Part shown: positions 38,001 to 50,200 of the stretch, in pieces
Numbering within the stretch: the stretch's first letter is position 1
How the letters are laid out: each line of letters begins with the position of its first letter
Source of the DNA: Botryllus schlosseri
Lineage: Eukaryota
Assembly (NCBI GenBank): GCA_051294905.1
Contig: CM119371.1
Location: 8,000,001-8,064,000, forward strand
Direction of reading: 5' to 3'
DNA length: 64,000 nt
Program-made: the position numbers and the translations under genes
The notes under the pieces: model-generated
Seen by the model: only the letters and a program-made list of their open reading frames with translations
Databases searched by the model: none
What the model was told of the DNA's origin: nothing

Positions 38001-41000
38001 GACCTTTTTAATAGTCAATTTTCGCGTTATATGGATAATATGCCGTTCTCACGTGCATTTCTGGTCATAATCATCAACTATATCTCACTGGATATTCTAA
38101 CATTTTCGCGACCCAATTGCACGCTTTGATATTGTGCCCCCTTGTTTCTCGAAATCGCCGACTGGGGGCGTTATCGCCGACGTTGGGAACCAGTCGTTTA
38201 TACCGACAATCCTGAGGGAAGCTCAAGAAATAACAACATGTAACAAAGTGATTAACGAAACCGGAAGATGCGTCATCATTAGTAATTTTGTGAACAATAT
38301 TTTCGACGACACCCCGTCATCAGCTCTGTCCGTTTTATTATTTGTTTAAATTGCAACAATGGAACATGGCCTCCACCCCATAAAGCAAAAGTTTGGCGCC
38401 TTGTTGACACGTTGCATGAGCACTGCGTGTTTGGTTTTGTTCAACTTATCGTTGTGAATCAATCAGCCTTTTGGGACATGAACTTCATCAAAAACAAATA
38501 CAGAACACGCCTCACTAATGCACTTGCACATCTGGAACATTCAATCAGAGTGAAGTGTCGAGTTGCATATCAGAGCACAGCGCACTATAGTTGATAGCAT
38601 GCAATGCCAGGCCTCTCACACACTGATATAGAAACAGATAACATGCCATCCACTGTCCAGTCTGAAATGTGACATGATTTATTTTATAATTTGAGTTGAC
38701 TCTTGATATGTAATTTATATAAACATGGTGCGAAGTAATTCATGATTTATTTAAAAAAGATGTTTTGATTTAAAATACTTTTTTTAGAAGTCTTACCGCA
38801 ATGTGACTTCTGCCTAGTTATATGAATATCAAAGCGGGAATTAGGTCTAATACGGGTAAATTGCGGGAGTAAATGGTAGCCCGCCGCTTCAAGCAGCTCC
38901 CAAGGAGTAGCTCTTGGTTGCAAAAAAAGGTTGGTGACCTCTGCTCTATATGTTACCGAAATGCGGCCATGAACGTCTATACCAATCTGCCATTTGTCTG
39001 CGCGGATTACACTGGTCAACACAATTTTTGTTGACTTTGATCAGACAATTGATTGTGACTAACTTTTTGGCGCTGAATTCAGAAATTACTTCCGTTTTTC
39101 TCTATAACGTCAAGTTTTCGAGTTAGGCAACCCCACATTGCCTCAAAATCCACATAATAGCACTACTTCTAATATTTTGTGTTTATTTTATAAAACGTTT
39201 CAAAAACTACAACCTGTCGAAATCAATCAATCAATCGATCAATCAGGTTTATTAATATTTTTATCGTTTCAAAACATCACAAGACTGCGATACAATGAAA
39301 AGATAGTAAGGTGTCGAAACAACTTGGAGTACCTTTAAGATCAGACACCCACCTTAGCCTAGGCGAAGTAAATAAGTAAATCATTGGACCTCAAATAAAC
39401 ATTTGCACTGTTTTATTTGGTTGATTTAAACTGATATTGCTTGTACAGGACAAATAAAGTGCGAGTTTCAGGGTCCAAATCTACGCTAATAACCTATAAT
39501 TCTGTAGGTTATCTAGTTTGATACTCGAGCAATAGTCAGCTAACATATGTAAGCTCCAATCTACTCTGGTATCTTTATCCCCATCATCTTCAGATGTTGG
39601 GGGACATTTTCTCCTTGACCATCTCTTACTATGTCAAGGTTTTCAGGGAAGTTAATAAAATGTTTTAGTTATTTTTAAATGTATGCTGTCGGATATAAAC
39701 ATAGGGCAGTGGCACATGTGTACCAGGGTTGCATGTGCTGTGCATCCTTATTGTCTGAAAAACAAAGAAAGCACAATATTTAAAAGCTGACACATATGAT
39801 CCTATCGTGCTCGTAATATTGCAACAATTGTATGTTTCTGTATAGTTCTCAATGTTTCTGTATTATTCACGAAGACTAACTGAGTGTGCAATTGTTACTG
39901 CACCCAAGACGTTGGCATTCTGGACAATACCACACTTTACGATCCTTTTTGAGCTACCTATAGGCATTTGCCATTCTCTCTTGAGTTCTAAATCGGGATT
40001 CCTAACTGCTCCGGTAATCCATGGTTACAGTATAATGCCAATACCAGTATCACGACAATACAAAAAGCTACTGAAAGTAGGCCGACAAAGAAAAGGCCGA
40101 TTGTCCTGATCGAAAGTGAGATACCTTCTGTACCTTGTCAAGTAATCTTTTCTCACTTCGTAAGGATGTTAAAAGTTCCGAAAATTTCTATTCCAAGTCC
40201 CAAAGCGTATCAATAACTTGTGCTGGTGGACAACTCTACATTCTTAATCATCTTCGATTTAAAAATCTACATCATTAGGCCTACTATCCTAAGATCTTCA
40301 TCTTGTTCCAAATTATCGAGCATATAGCAGTTTAAAGTTGCACTGGATAAGCTGAATTGGGCATTGGACCTATACAGCTGATAGTAATGTAATGTTCATT
40401 TTTCTTGCCATATCCTGCAGATTGCATCAAATATGTGTGTGAAATATCCTCGGATGGTTGCATCCTCTAACCAAAACAGGGAGAAAGCATCGGCCCAGAT
40501 CAGACCTGGGCAAAGTGCGGCCCACGGGTCAAATGCGGCCCGCGGAGCTATTCTGACCGGTCCGCGTGCCCGTTTCTTCAAATTCAAAACATAGAACCTA
40601 CTTTTGAATACTGCTGCGTGGAATAAAACCCTAAGCTGCATAAACTGAGCCGGAACGGAAATTGGTTTACGTTGAAGCCTGCTCCCAATATGCCGCGATT
40701 GCCCAGCCTACGTCCCTCGCAATCTCGCATGCGTTATCCAGATTCAATATAAAGCCAATGGAGCAAAGTATGTCGTAACAGTTGAAGTCACAATAGGTCA
40801 TCTTTCCATATAGCTTAGTTCAAACCTTGTTGCCTTGTTGCCATTGCCACATTACGCATTATACGGCATGTGCTTCAAATGCTTCGTAATTGGCTACGTT
40901 TCGAAATACTATGAGACATCATCATCCCAGGGATATCTCAAATTTTCATGTCGGAAGCTGAAATGCAAGGACGGTATAGAGCACTAAACACATGGCCGCA

Positions 41001-41773
41001 ACTGTCGCACTCCAAACCCCCAATTGGAGGGGCCGGAGCTCGAAGGGGGATCAAAATTATTTCATAAATTGACATAAATTATACAGTATTTTTCAGATAT
41101 TTGTAAAACCTTATCCAAATTTTCTTCGCGCTTGGCGCGATTTATCGTGGCTAGATATCTTAATTATAGGGTATTAATATTGCTTTCAAACTGTGTGGGC
41201 TTTGAGATCTGGCGGTCGCGCCAGAAATCGACCAAAAAAATACTATAGGAAGTATTTACCTTGAAACAGTGGTTCTCAAACTTTTGAACACACGCCCTCC
41301 CCCTTATGATGGTGAAATATTTCGCGCGCCCCTGATCGTCATATCACAAAACGCAACCAAGATGCTAGCGGTCCTTTAAATATCGTACTAGTACTTTTTT
41401 CAAGTGCATTTACTTCAATTTCTTCTTTGAAATCCGGGTGCGTTGTTAAGGATTGAATTAACCTACAGCTGTTGGACATTGAACTCCGAAGAGTATCAGT
41501 GAATGTGAGTAAAGCCAGGGATGATTATGAGCCGACGTAAAATTGGCGGCAACTTCACACACAACTTCGCGTCATTGCCTAATTATTCTATGCAAGTGAA
41601 CCTTCTGTCATGCGCAACTTATTGGCGAAAACAAACACCGTTTCCGGTCTAGATTATGAGCCCTCTATTGCCTTCATGATATTCATGATATCCATATTCA
41701 TGATATCCATGATATCCATATTCATGATATCCATCCTTCATGATATCCAGCGAAAAAACACCAACACATATAC

Positions 41774-44700
41774 CAGGGGCGGGCAACTTCTCCAGTCGGC
41801 GGGCCGGATACAGGAAAATTAAGTATTTGGCGGGCCGGATTGCTGAATCGACACATTATTCGCCCATTTATCCACATATACAAGGAATAAATCGTATTTA
41901 ATGAATGGATTTTAACGACAGTAATGTCACTTCAAAGCCATTTCTCGCCGATAATGACGAGGATATAATGTGGATTTGAGAACAGCATTGTCATACAGGC
42001 GCCGCCATGTCTGTTTCTCTCTGATCATAGTGTCCTATATGGTGTGGACACAAGCAAATCTCACGGCTCAGTGAAATTGGTCTACGTCACACTTTCCATT
42101 TGGTCTACGTCACACTTTCCATTTGGTCTAGGTCACACTTTCCATTTGGTGAAAGGCAATTAGACGGTAGTTTTCGACCGACTTGCCGAGCAATAAATTT
42201 GATAAAACTGGGATCAATCGAAAGCTACCGCGGTGCTGGTTGCGAAAATGTAAATTCTATTCTGCTCGAGGTTCTGGAACCCCCAAAATCAGCCTTGAAT
42301 GTTGCATTGTAACGGAGTTTGGTATTGTGACACAGTCATGCGGTTTACTCTGCTCCTCACCTGCTCCCAGACGGCATCGTTGCGTAACAAGACCAAACTC
42401 CGTTACAATGCAACATTCGAAGCTGATTTTGGGGGGTTCCAGGACCACGAGCAGAATATAATTTATATTTTCGCAATTATTACCGCGGGAAAGTGAAGGG
42501 AAAGTGCGACGTAGACATATTTCACTGAGCCTTGAGATTTGCTTGTGTACACACCTTATAGCAGTGCTCTTCAACCTTTTTCGACGTGGTACACCCTTTT
42601 AACGTTTGCTCAAAACTCGTACACCCCTGTTCATTAGGGGTCTTCAAACATGACTATTTTTCTCAAATCGTCTGGCTACTTGATAAAATTGTTAGGTGAC
42701 CTAACTTAAGCCTACACACCAAATTTGGTTCAATTCCAACTAGTTGCCGCCTTGCTACGGGAGAGGAAAGTTTCTATTTACTATACAAAAATGAATAACG
42801 AAAAATTTGAAATTTTTCTGTTCACCCCATGGAAGCATTAGGTTTTCTATAAAAACTATGTTCTTCAAATTTGGTTCAATTCCGACCAGTAGAAGCGGAG
42901 TTATTGCCGTAAAAAAAATGGATTTGAATAAAATAGTATTTGGTCACTGAGTATATTCGCAGCCAGTTAGGCAGCCCGCCACGCAAATTTAGGCTTACCA
43001 TATTTTGGAAATCTAAAAAGAGAACACTCTTTCAGAAATTTGAGACTTGCAAAACCGGAGAAGAATTCTAAAAAACCGGCGAATTTTTCCCACTTGGTGA
43101 TCGGTTGACTAAAAAAAGGTCGTCTTTCCGCTCAGAGCTCAAAATACCGTTTTTCTCTCCGCATTGCTAGGTGGATGACTAAAAAAAGGTCAACTTTTCA
43201 CTCAGAGCTAAAATCACAGTTTTTCACTCCGAAATACCCGCCGGAGCGTCACTTCTGTGCTGATTTACGGCATATCACTCGCAATTTGCTCTAAATCTGA
43301 CCTAAATTTTCAAAAAAGAGGACAAAATCTCAAAAAAAGAGGACAAAAGGGCGTCCTCCGAGGACACTTTCAAAAAAGTCCAAAAAGAGGACAAATCCTC
43401 TTAAAAGAGGACGTATGGTAACCCTACGCAAATTGGAATTTATTTCGTGTCAGAGCAAAAACAGCATGATATAACGAACGATAATCAACATAAATGTAAC
43501 AGTATTAGGGGGAGAGTAGGTAAAGCTACTGCTGCAGAAGCGGTAATTCAGATTAGCGATGATAGCCGGCGCACCAGCCTACTGCTCATCAGGCCTCCCA
43601 CACACCACACACAGTCGATAGTAGCACATACATGGGCTGCAAGAGACGTCAGTAACTTCAGGTCGTATGCCGCTATACACAGTTTATTGTCGCTAATTTA
43701 CATCACCTATAACAAAATACTAAATTGCAAATGTATGGCGAAAGATTGGACATACAATCGGCATTTTGAAACAAAAGGGTTTCGATTTCAATATGTAAGC
43801 TGTTTCGACCCTGGCTGGCTACGTCACTTCATTTATGTGCATTGCGGTATTCATTAGCGTCGGGTAGGAAGCACAGATTCAAAAAGTCTGAGCTATCGCG
43901 GCGGTTTCCTCAAAAATCACTAAAATACAAATGACTAGCTGAACACATGTTTGTTAACTGCATACTTTACAACACCAAACGGAGCCATTGGTCTATTGCC
44001 GACGGCTAAATGAATAGAAGAAATATTTGCTTATGACATCACAATCAAGCGGTGTACAGTATTACACTTGAGATAACATTGTACCATATTGCTCGTTAAC
44101 CTGTGCGTCAACCTGTCTGTACTGACCTATAAACGTGAATTTGTGATAGCTATACCATCGGCTCATTGTTACTCGGATCTGGTACACCCCTGTACACCGC
44201 ATCCGAGCGGTACACCCTTTGCAAATTCTGGTACACCCTAGGGTGTACGACCACCCCGGTTGAAGAGCACTGCCTTATAGGACACTATGCTGTGCTCAAT
44301 TAACTCACAGTGCAATCCCTAATTAATATTTCAAGGTGTTCGATAAGCCCGGTACCCCAAATTTACCAATATATCAATTCATTAGGGCTGAGTAGGTGAT
44401 GAGATAGGGTCGTTGTTCATCTGTGTGGCCTATTCTATCTCGATATTAAATTCATGCGGACCGCGGCATCTACGAAATTTGAAGTGGGCCGCGACCCGTT
44501 TAGAGTTGGCGTTCCCCGGCATAAGCGGTGTCTTACAAAAGCCTACAAGTGTGCCGTGCTACAGGTCTGGTGTAAATGATCATTGTAGTCTACCAACACC
44601 ATGATTACCACAAACGATATTAGGGTTGAGTACATCGTAAATGCCGAAAACGCAAGTCTTCTCGCTTCGACGAACTTACGTGCAAGCTCCACTGGCACGC

Positions 44701-44840
44701 TGCGCATACAAATAACATACAGTCACTAAAATTTGACGTATAGTAAGCAAGTAGCGGGGTATCTCGGCAGACTGTAGCCGCGGGCCACATTATCATATAA
44801 GACGGAAAACTGTCCGCGGGCCGTATGTTGCCCGCCCCTG
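41774..44840. mobile_element. hAT MITE hosting a nested stack of elements
   Basis: Perfect TIR CAGGGGCGGGCAAC and TSD acatatac. Contains fold-back element 42026-44289, itself split by MITE 42562-44272. Confidence 0.9.
42562..44272. mobile_element. hAT MITE (GTACACCC subterminal motif) with further internal fragments
   Basis: TIR CAGTGCTCTTCAACC; perfect TSD ccttatag. Confidence 0.92.
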
Positions 44841-45360
44841 ACATATACTCATATAGTGATGAGATTAAAGGATAGTAAGGTATTGACATGACAACGTATT
44901 CCAATCAGACAGCTATTTGGCCGAAGTGAATGAGAAAAATGCATACCGAGAAAAATTGATGTGATTGAGAAATTCTGGGCACAGAGTCGGATTCAGCAAC
45001 CTTATATTAGCCTACATCAATCATTAAAATTTGTTGGGCAAAATTTCATTGAAATATATGTGGTTCGGTGTAATTTTATGGGTCGAAAAGAGCTTCTGAT
45101 TGAACGAAGATAGAGAATCACTGGATTCAAGTTCATCGAAAACTCTCTCAGTCGGTACTACAACAACCCCGGTTTCGTGATTGATGATTTTAATAACAAT
45201 ATTTGATCTATTACTGTTTTATGCTAAGCGTGATGTCACTAACGAAAGCCGAAATTTGAATAATTCACGAAAATGGGAAAAGTTCGTATGGACTAAAATT
45301 GACGTGATAGAGAAATTCAGAGCACAGAATCAGATTCAGCAACCTTGAATTAGCCTAAAT

Positions 45361-47268
45361 CAGTGGTTCCCAACCTGTGGTAGGCGTGCCACTAGTGGTA
45401 CGCGAAGGTCTTCCTGGTGGTACGCGAGCAGATTCTGTTTTTTTCGACCGAGGGAGTTATTAGTTCAGGTGAGGTTGATTTTGAGTTTTTTTAAAGCCGT
45501 CGTCTCACGCTATTCCCCAGCTGCTAATTTTCCCTTATACATGGGAACTCGAGCAAGGATTTTCATCCCTGATGACTATCAAGTCGAAGAAACCAAACCG
45601 ACTTGTTGCGCCCATACATGACTTTCGATGCGCTGTAAGCAAACGTATACCACGCGTCGACAAGCTAGTGGAAAATAAACAAATGCAGCCATCGCATCAA
45701 ATAAATTGACTTTTGAATGTGTGTTGTTATTTTATTATGTTGTTCTTCTTGTGGCCGGTGGTGAAAAAACAATTCCATAAATCCCATCAACCCTGGGTGA
45801 TAAATGATAATGCCTAGTTCAGAGGTGTCAAACTCAAATTGCATCGCGGGCCGGATCGAAGTCGTGAAATCGCACGGCTGGTCAACGGAATCCAAAATGC
45901 TGCCTCGTGCCATTGCTTCTCGCGGAAATACTTTAATTATCAAGCATATATAGATAATACACGGATCGTAGGGGTTTCATTCTAGCGAGTCGCAACACCA
46001 TCATTTGCGAGCAATGAAATCGGCCAAAATGCGATGTTTGTTCGGTTGAATACAATGGCATTAGCGGCGATACAAGTAGACATATTTCAGTGTTCCTTTC
46101 GCTTTAGTCCAGGGGTGTCCAACCTGCGGCAGTAACAGGGAATTTGTGCGGCCATAGACACGCAATTCAATTAGTATGTGTTGGCGACAATCGACATGCA
46201 ATTCAAATTTACGAATTGACTCCCAATTTCTTGAAAGATTTTAATTATTTTGAAATTGTCTTCGCGCCGCGCGCGATTCAACGCGACTACATTTTACGAT
46301 TTCAATATAGTAGCACCCTTTGCAATCAGAGCCCAACAATACAGATGCGAACATCAATGGAAAATGATGCGCCTCACATGGAAATATCAGATTGGAATCG
46401 TGTGCTCCTCACTATACTAACAATACTGATAGGAGGTCAAGAAATAACAGCTTCCTACAAAGTGACTAATACCAATTGGCCCACCCGAAGATGCATCCTA
46501 ATTTATAACTTGCGTTGATTTTTCGAAAACACTCCTACATCAACTCTATACCAGGGAATCTGATCACACGGGATGAGAAAGGATATATGATTGATGGTAA
46601 TATGTAAAACTACTCATATCAATGACGAAATTCATTGTTGAATCTGAATTATTTTTCGCGCTTCGCGCGACTACGAGCACTTCCTTCCATAACATTACCA
46701 GTGACGACTCGCGATTTTGGTGCGCATAGTAAGCCTGCCATTAAATAGATTAGTTCGGAGTTTACCAGAAATGGACATAGACACTTTAACCTGGGTATTT
46801 GGCGTCGTCTAGCTCGTTCATCACGACTATGCCCAGGAATGCGGCCGTTGGCTACACAAGTAGTCGAAATATGAATGGCATAAAGGTTGGCCACCCCGGC
46901 TTTAGTCATATTCTGGCGTTATCCCTGGTATGCGTTGTGATAAATACAAGATATTTAACTGTCGATGCGGACTTTGTAATTTGGTTTATTACTGTGGATG
47001 TGATGGATGATATAATCTTTTTTCAATATACTCAGAATTGCAATGCGGGCCGGATAAAATCGTCTGGCGGGCCAGATCAGGCCCACGGGCCGTATGTTTG
47101 ACATCCCGTGCCTAGTTTAATAGAATTTGTAAATAGACCTCGCATAGGTCCAATACCTGAGTATGACGTCATAAATAGTGGAAACGCGCGTAACTTATCT
47201 AGGTGGTACGCGAGCACTGCATAAAACCTCAAAATGGTACGTGGGTGGAAAAAGATTGGGGACCACTG
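45361..47268. mobile_element. hAT MITE with two nested MITEs (45820-47109 and 46110-46899)
   Basis: Outer ends CAGTGGTTCCCAA/TTGGGGACCACTG; inner TSDs gcctagtt and ctttagtc. The outer element is related to ~6265-7735. Confidence 0.88.
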
Positions 47269-47270
47269 GT

Positions 47271-50200
47271 TTAGGACGTAGATATTGGAATCCGCAGTGA
47301 TGTAAGGAATTTCGTTGTACCACTATAGCAGTGGTTCTCATACTGGGGGGACGTGACAGCAGCTGAAGGGTGCGAAAAGCTCCGGTCCGCCGATTTGTTT
47401 CCGCGCTTTGCCCGATATACTTCCGATCTATGATTTTGCTCCGTGTATGATCCGAATTTTGTATTTGTGAATTCTCTTATCAACAGTCATAACCTTCCAT
47501 GTCGTCAAACTATCCTTTGAGATTGCTAGCGTTCTGGTTTCAATTTAAGATATGACGGTAAGTGGGCGCGAATGTTTTCACTGTCATAAAGGGGTATACG
47601 TGTCTAAAAAAGTTTGTGAATCACTGCACAATAGTATTGAACAACACTGGATGAAGGTCAGCTTAGATTCGGACTATATTCTAGTTAGACGCTGGTAATA
47701 TAATGATCTCGGGGCCGACATCTCTATTTATTAGTCAAGCAAATCGAGTGTAGGTGACTGGTTTTCGCATGTTCTCGGAAAGCCGTACCAGTTTCTGCGT
47801 CGGGATCACCCACACTCGCTATGGAACTGGCTGTGTGTTCTCACCTGTCCTATGTATCGTTAGATACCTTGTTATTTCGACACATTGCTGCAGTCGTCAG
47901 TACAGTGGAATTTTTTGTGAGAAAGACTACAAAACGATGTTTTGTGTCAAATTATTACGAATTGATATTAGCGCATATGGATAATATCTATTATATAATA
48001 TACCCTTCTTCTCGACGTCTTCACCTGCCAATTTTATCCAAGCCTAACTGTATAAAAGATAGGCTTACGTGTACGCAGTTTATTGAGAATTATACTACAA
48101 GCTCGAAAAAGATAATCGTCAAGAACAGAGCTAACGCGAATCCTGCATACACATAATCCCGCGGCTGTACCATATAAAACAATTTGATCAGTCAACTAAT
48201 AAGATACGACAGTAGCCTAATCAAAGCGTCAACAGATTATCTAAAATGCTCAAATACAATATCGACTGCCAAATAGCCAAAACGCAATATATAACGTGGA
48301 ATGAATAATAAAATGTGTTACAGACATGCAGATTCATCAGCGTAACACACTTTCTTACAGCTAGACGCATTACATGCCTATCGGCCGTAGTAGGATGCGG
48401 ATCATCCGGGGTCGGAGCTGTTTTTATGCACCAGCTATATAAAGTCGAGTCAAAATGTTTCACATTCCAAGCAATATAGGGTCAGGAGATACAAATTTTT
48501 AATAACGCAACTAACAATATATCGAATTGTCAAAGTATTCGACATTAGATTTTTCTACTGACTCTCTTCAGGAGAGAATGTCAGAAAATTCCATCAACCT
48601 AATTCGAAAATAGAAATAAAATAGAAATAATCTTATCGTTGTGACGTAATGTCAAGTACACGGAATCACGAACGACATGTAAGAAAGCAAAGTTACAATA
48701 TTATAACAGAGAAATTCGGCTTTAAAATAACCGATTTTATAATGGTTGATTCACGAACGACCACGAGCTACTACAGGAATCTGATTTACGCTATAACATT
48801 TGGCACGTCCAGTGTGTTTTAAGAGTTGGTACCCGATAGCAGTTCTAATGAGAGTCAGTCGAAAAGCTTAGACGTAAATAAATTTGGCAATATGAACACA
48901 ATTTATGTTGCGAAATCCAAGTTAAGAACTATGCAACTATATTGTTAACTATAATGAGCTGTATCCGGTTTCTCAATATGACACGAAGTTGTTTTTCCTC
49001 GACTAAAATCAAGTAGATACTTCCTCCGACTTCAGCACATCTCTAATGCGCTTGACAATCGCAATATCCAAATTGCAAAGATCAAAGGATAAACACCCTC
49101 CAGCAAACGCACGGCCGGTGTTTTCCGTGACGATTCGTGACACCCGCAGTAGCGTATCTAAGTTTTTAACTCGCGACAATCTCTCCTGCAACCAACGCAA
49201 TTGACAATATAATTCCATCGGAATTTGCGGCAGTGATGATGCTGGCAGTATATCGATTTCCACCGATGCAGTATCTTCCTCGTCCATGTTAAATGGCGCT
49301 TTGCCCATCTTCGAGGCCAGCTCGTGCTTTTTCATGCTATGGTTTTTGCCAATCACACCCTTCGATATGGACTGGCGCTGCGATACGAGCTTACACCTTT
49401 GTATATTTGAATCTCTAGTCTTGTCAAACTTCATCTTCAATCCACCGAACTCTCCTGGTGAAGTTTCGGGTTGAGAAGCAAGCACCCAGATGGCTGAATC
49501 ATGTTTCGCCTTGTTGTTACTCGCGCTTCCTGTAGTTGCGTACGCAGACATTTCTTGCAGTCTGTCCTTTAATTTTTCTTTAGATGCGACTAATCTTTTC
49601 TTCGCCGGAGGTACCTCGCATTTGGTGATATCGGCCTTGGCTGCAATGTCGATAGAAGTTGACAACTTCCTCTTTCTTGGTTTATTTATAATAGTTTGCA
49701 ACGCAGATTTTTGCACTGATCCTGGTTTCAAGTTTTCATTATTGGGCTCCTTAAACTTGGTCAACTTTTTCGCAGTATGTACAACATTTTTGCCAATCAC
49801 ACCCTTCGATGTGGACTGGCGCTGCGATACGAGCTTACACCTTTGTATATTTGAATCTCTAGTCTTGTCAAACTTCATCTTCAATCCACCGAACTCTCCT
49901 GGTGAAGTTTCAGGTTGAGAAGCAAGCACCGAAATGGCTGAATCATGTTTCGCCTTGTTGTTACTCGCGCTTCCAGTATTTGCGTACGCAGACATTTCTT
50001 GCGGTCTGTCCTTTAAATTTTCTTTAGATGAGACTAATCTTTTCTTCGCCGGAGGTACCTCGCATTTGGTTTTACGCGGTCTGTCCTTTAATTTTTCTTT
50101 AGATGCGACTAATCTTTTCTTCGCCGGAGGTACCTCGCATTTGGTGATATCGGCCTTGGCTGCAATGTCGATAGAAGTTGACAACTTCCTCTTTCTTGGT

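Larger units (their letters stand above)
29319..39009 (+). repeat. Segmental duplication copy 1 (contains the frameshifted AHD gene)
   Basis: Colinear direct similarity to 47271-53544, from ttaggacgta...gcagtgatgtaagga to ctgcgcggatta. The length difference is due to copy-specific insertions. Confidence 0.9.

Noticed and set aside
37664..38594. Short ORFs shared with 52172-53118 upstream of the AHD genes
   Set aside because: Shared only because of the segmental duplication; stops and indels differ between copies, they overlap MITE remnants, and they show no YEATS similarity.
40130..40380. Possible CR1-type RT relic on the minus strand
   Set aside because: Too degenerate to support by eye.
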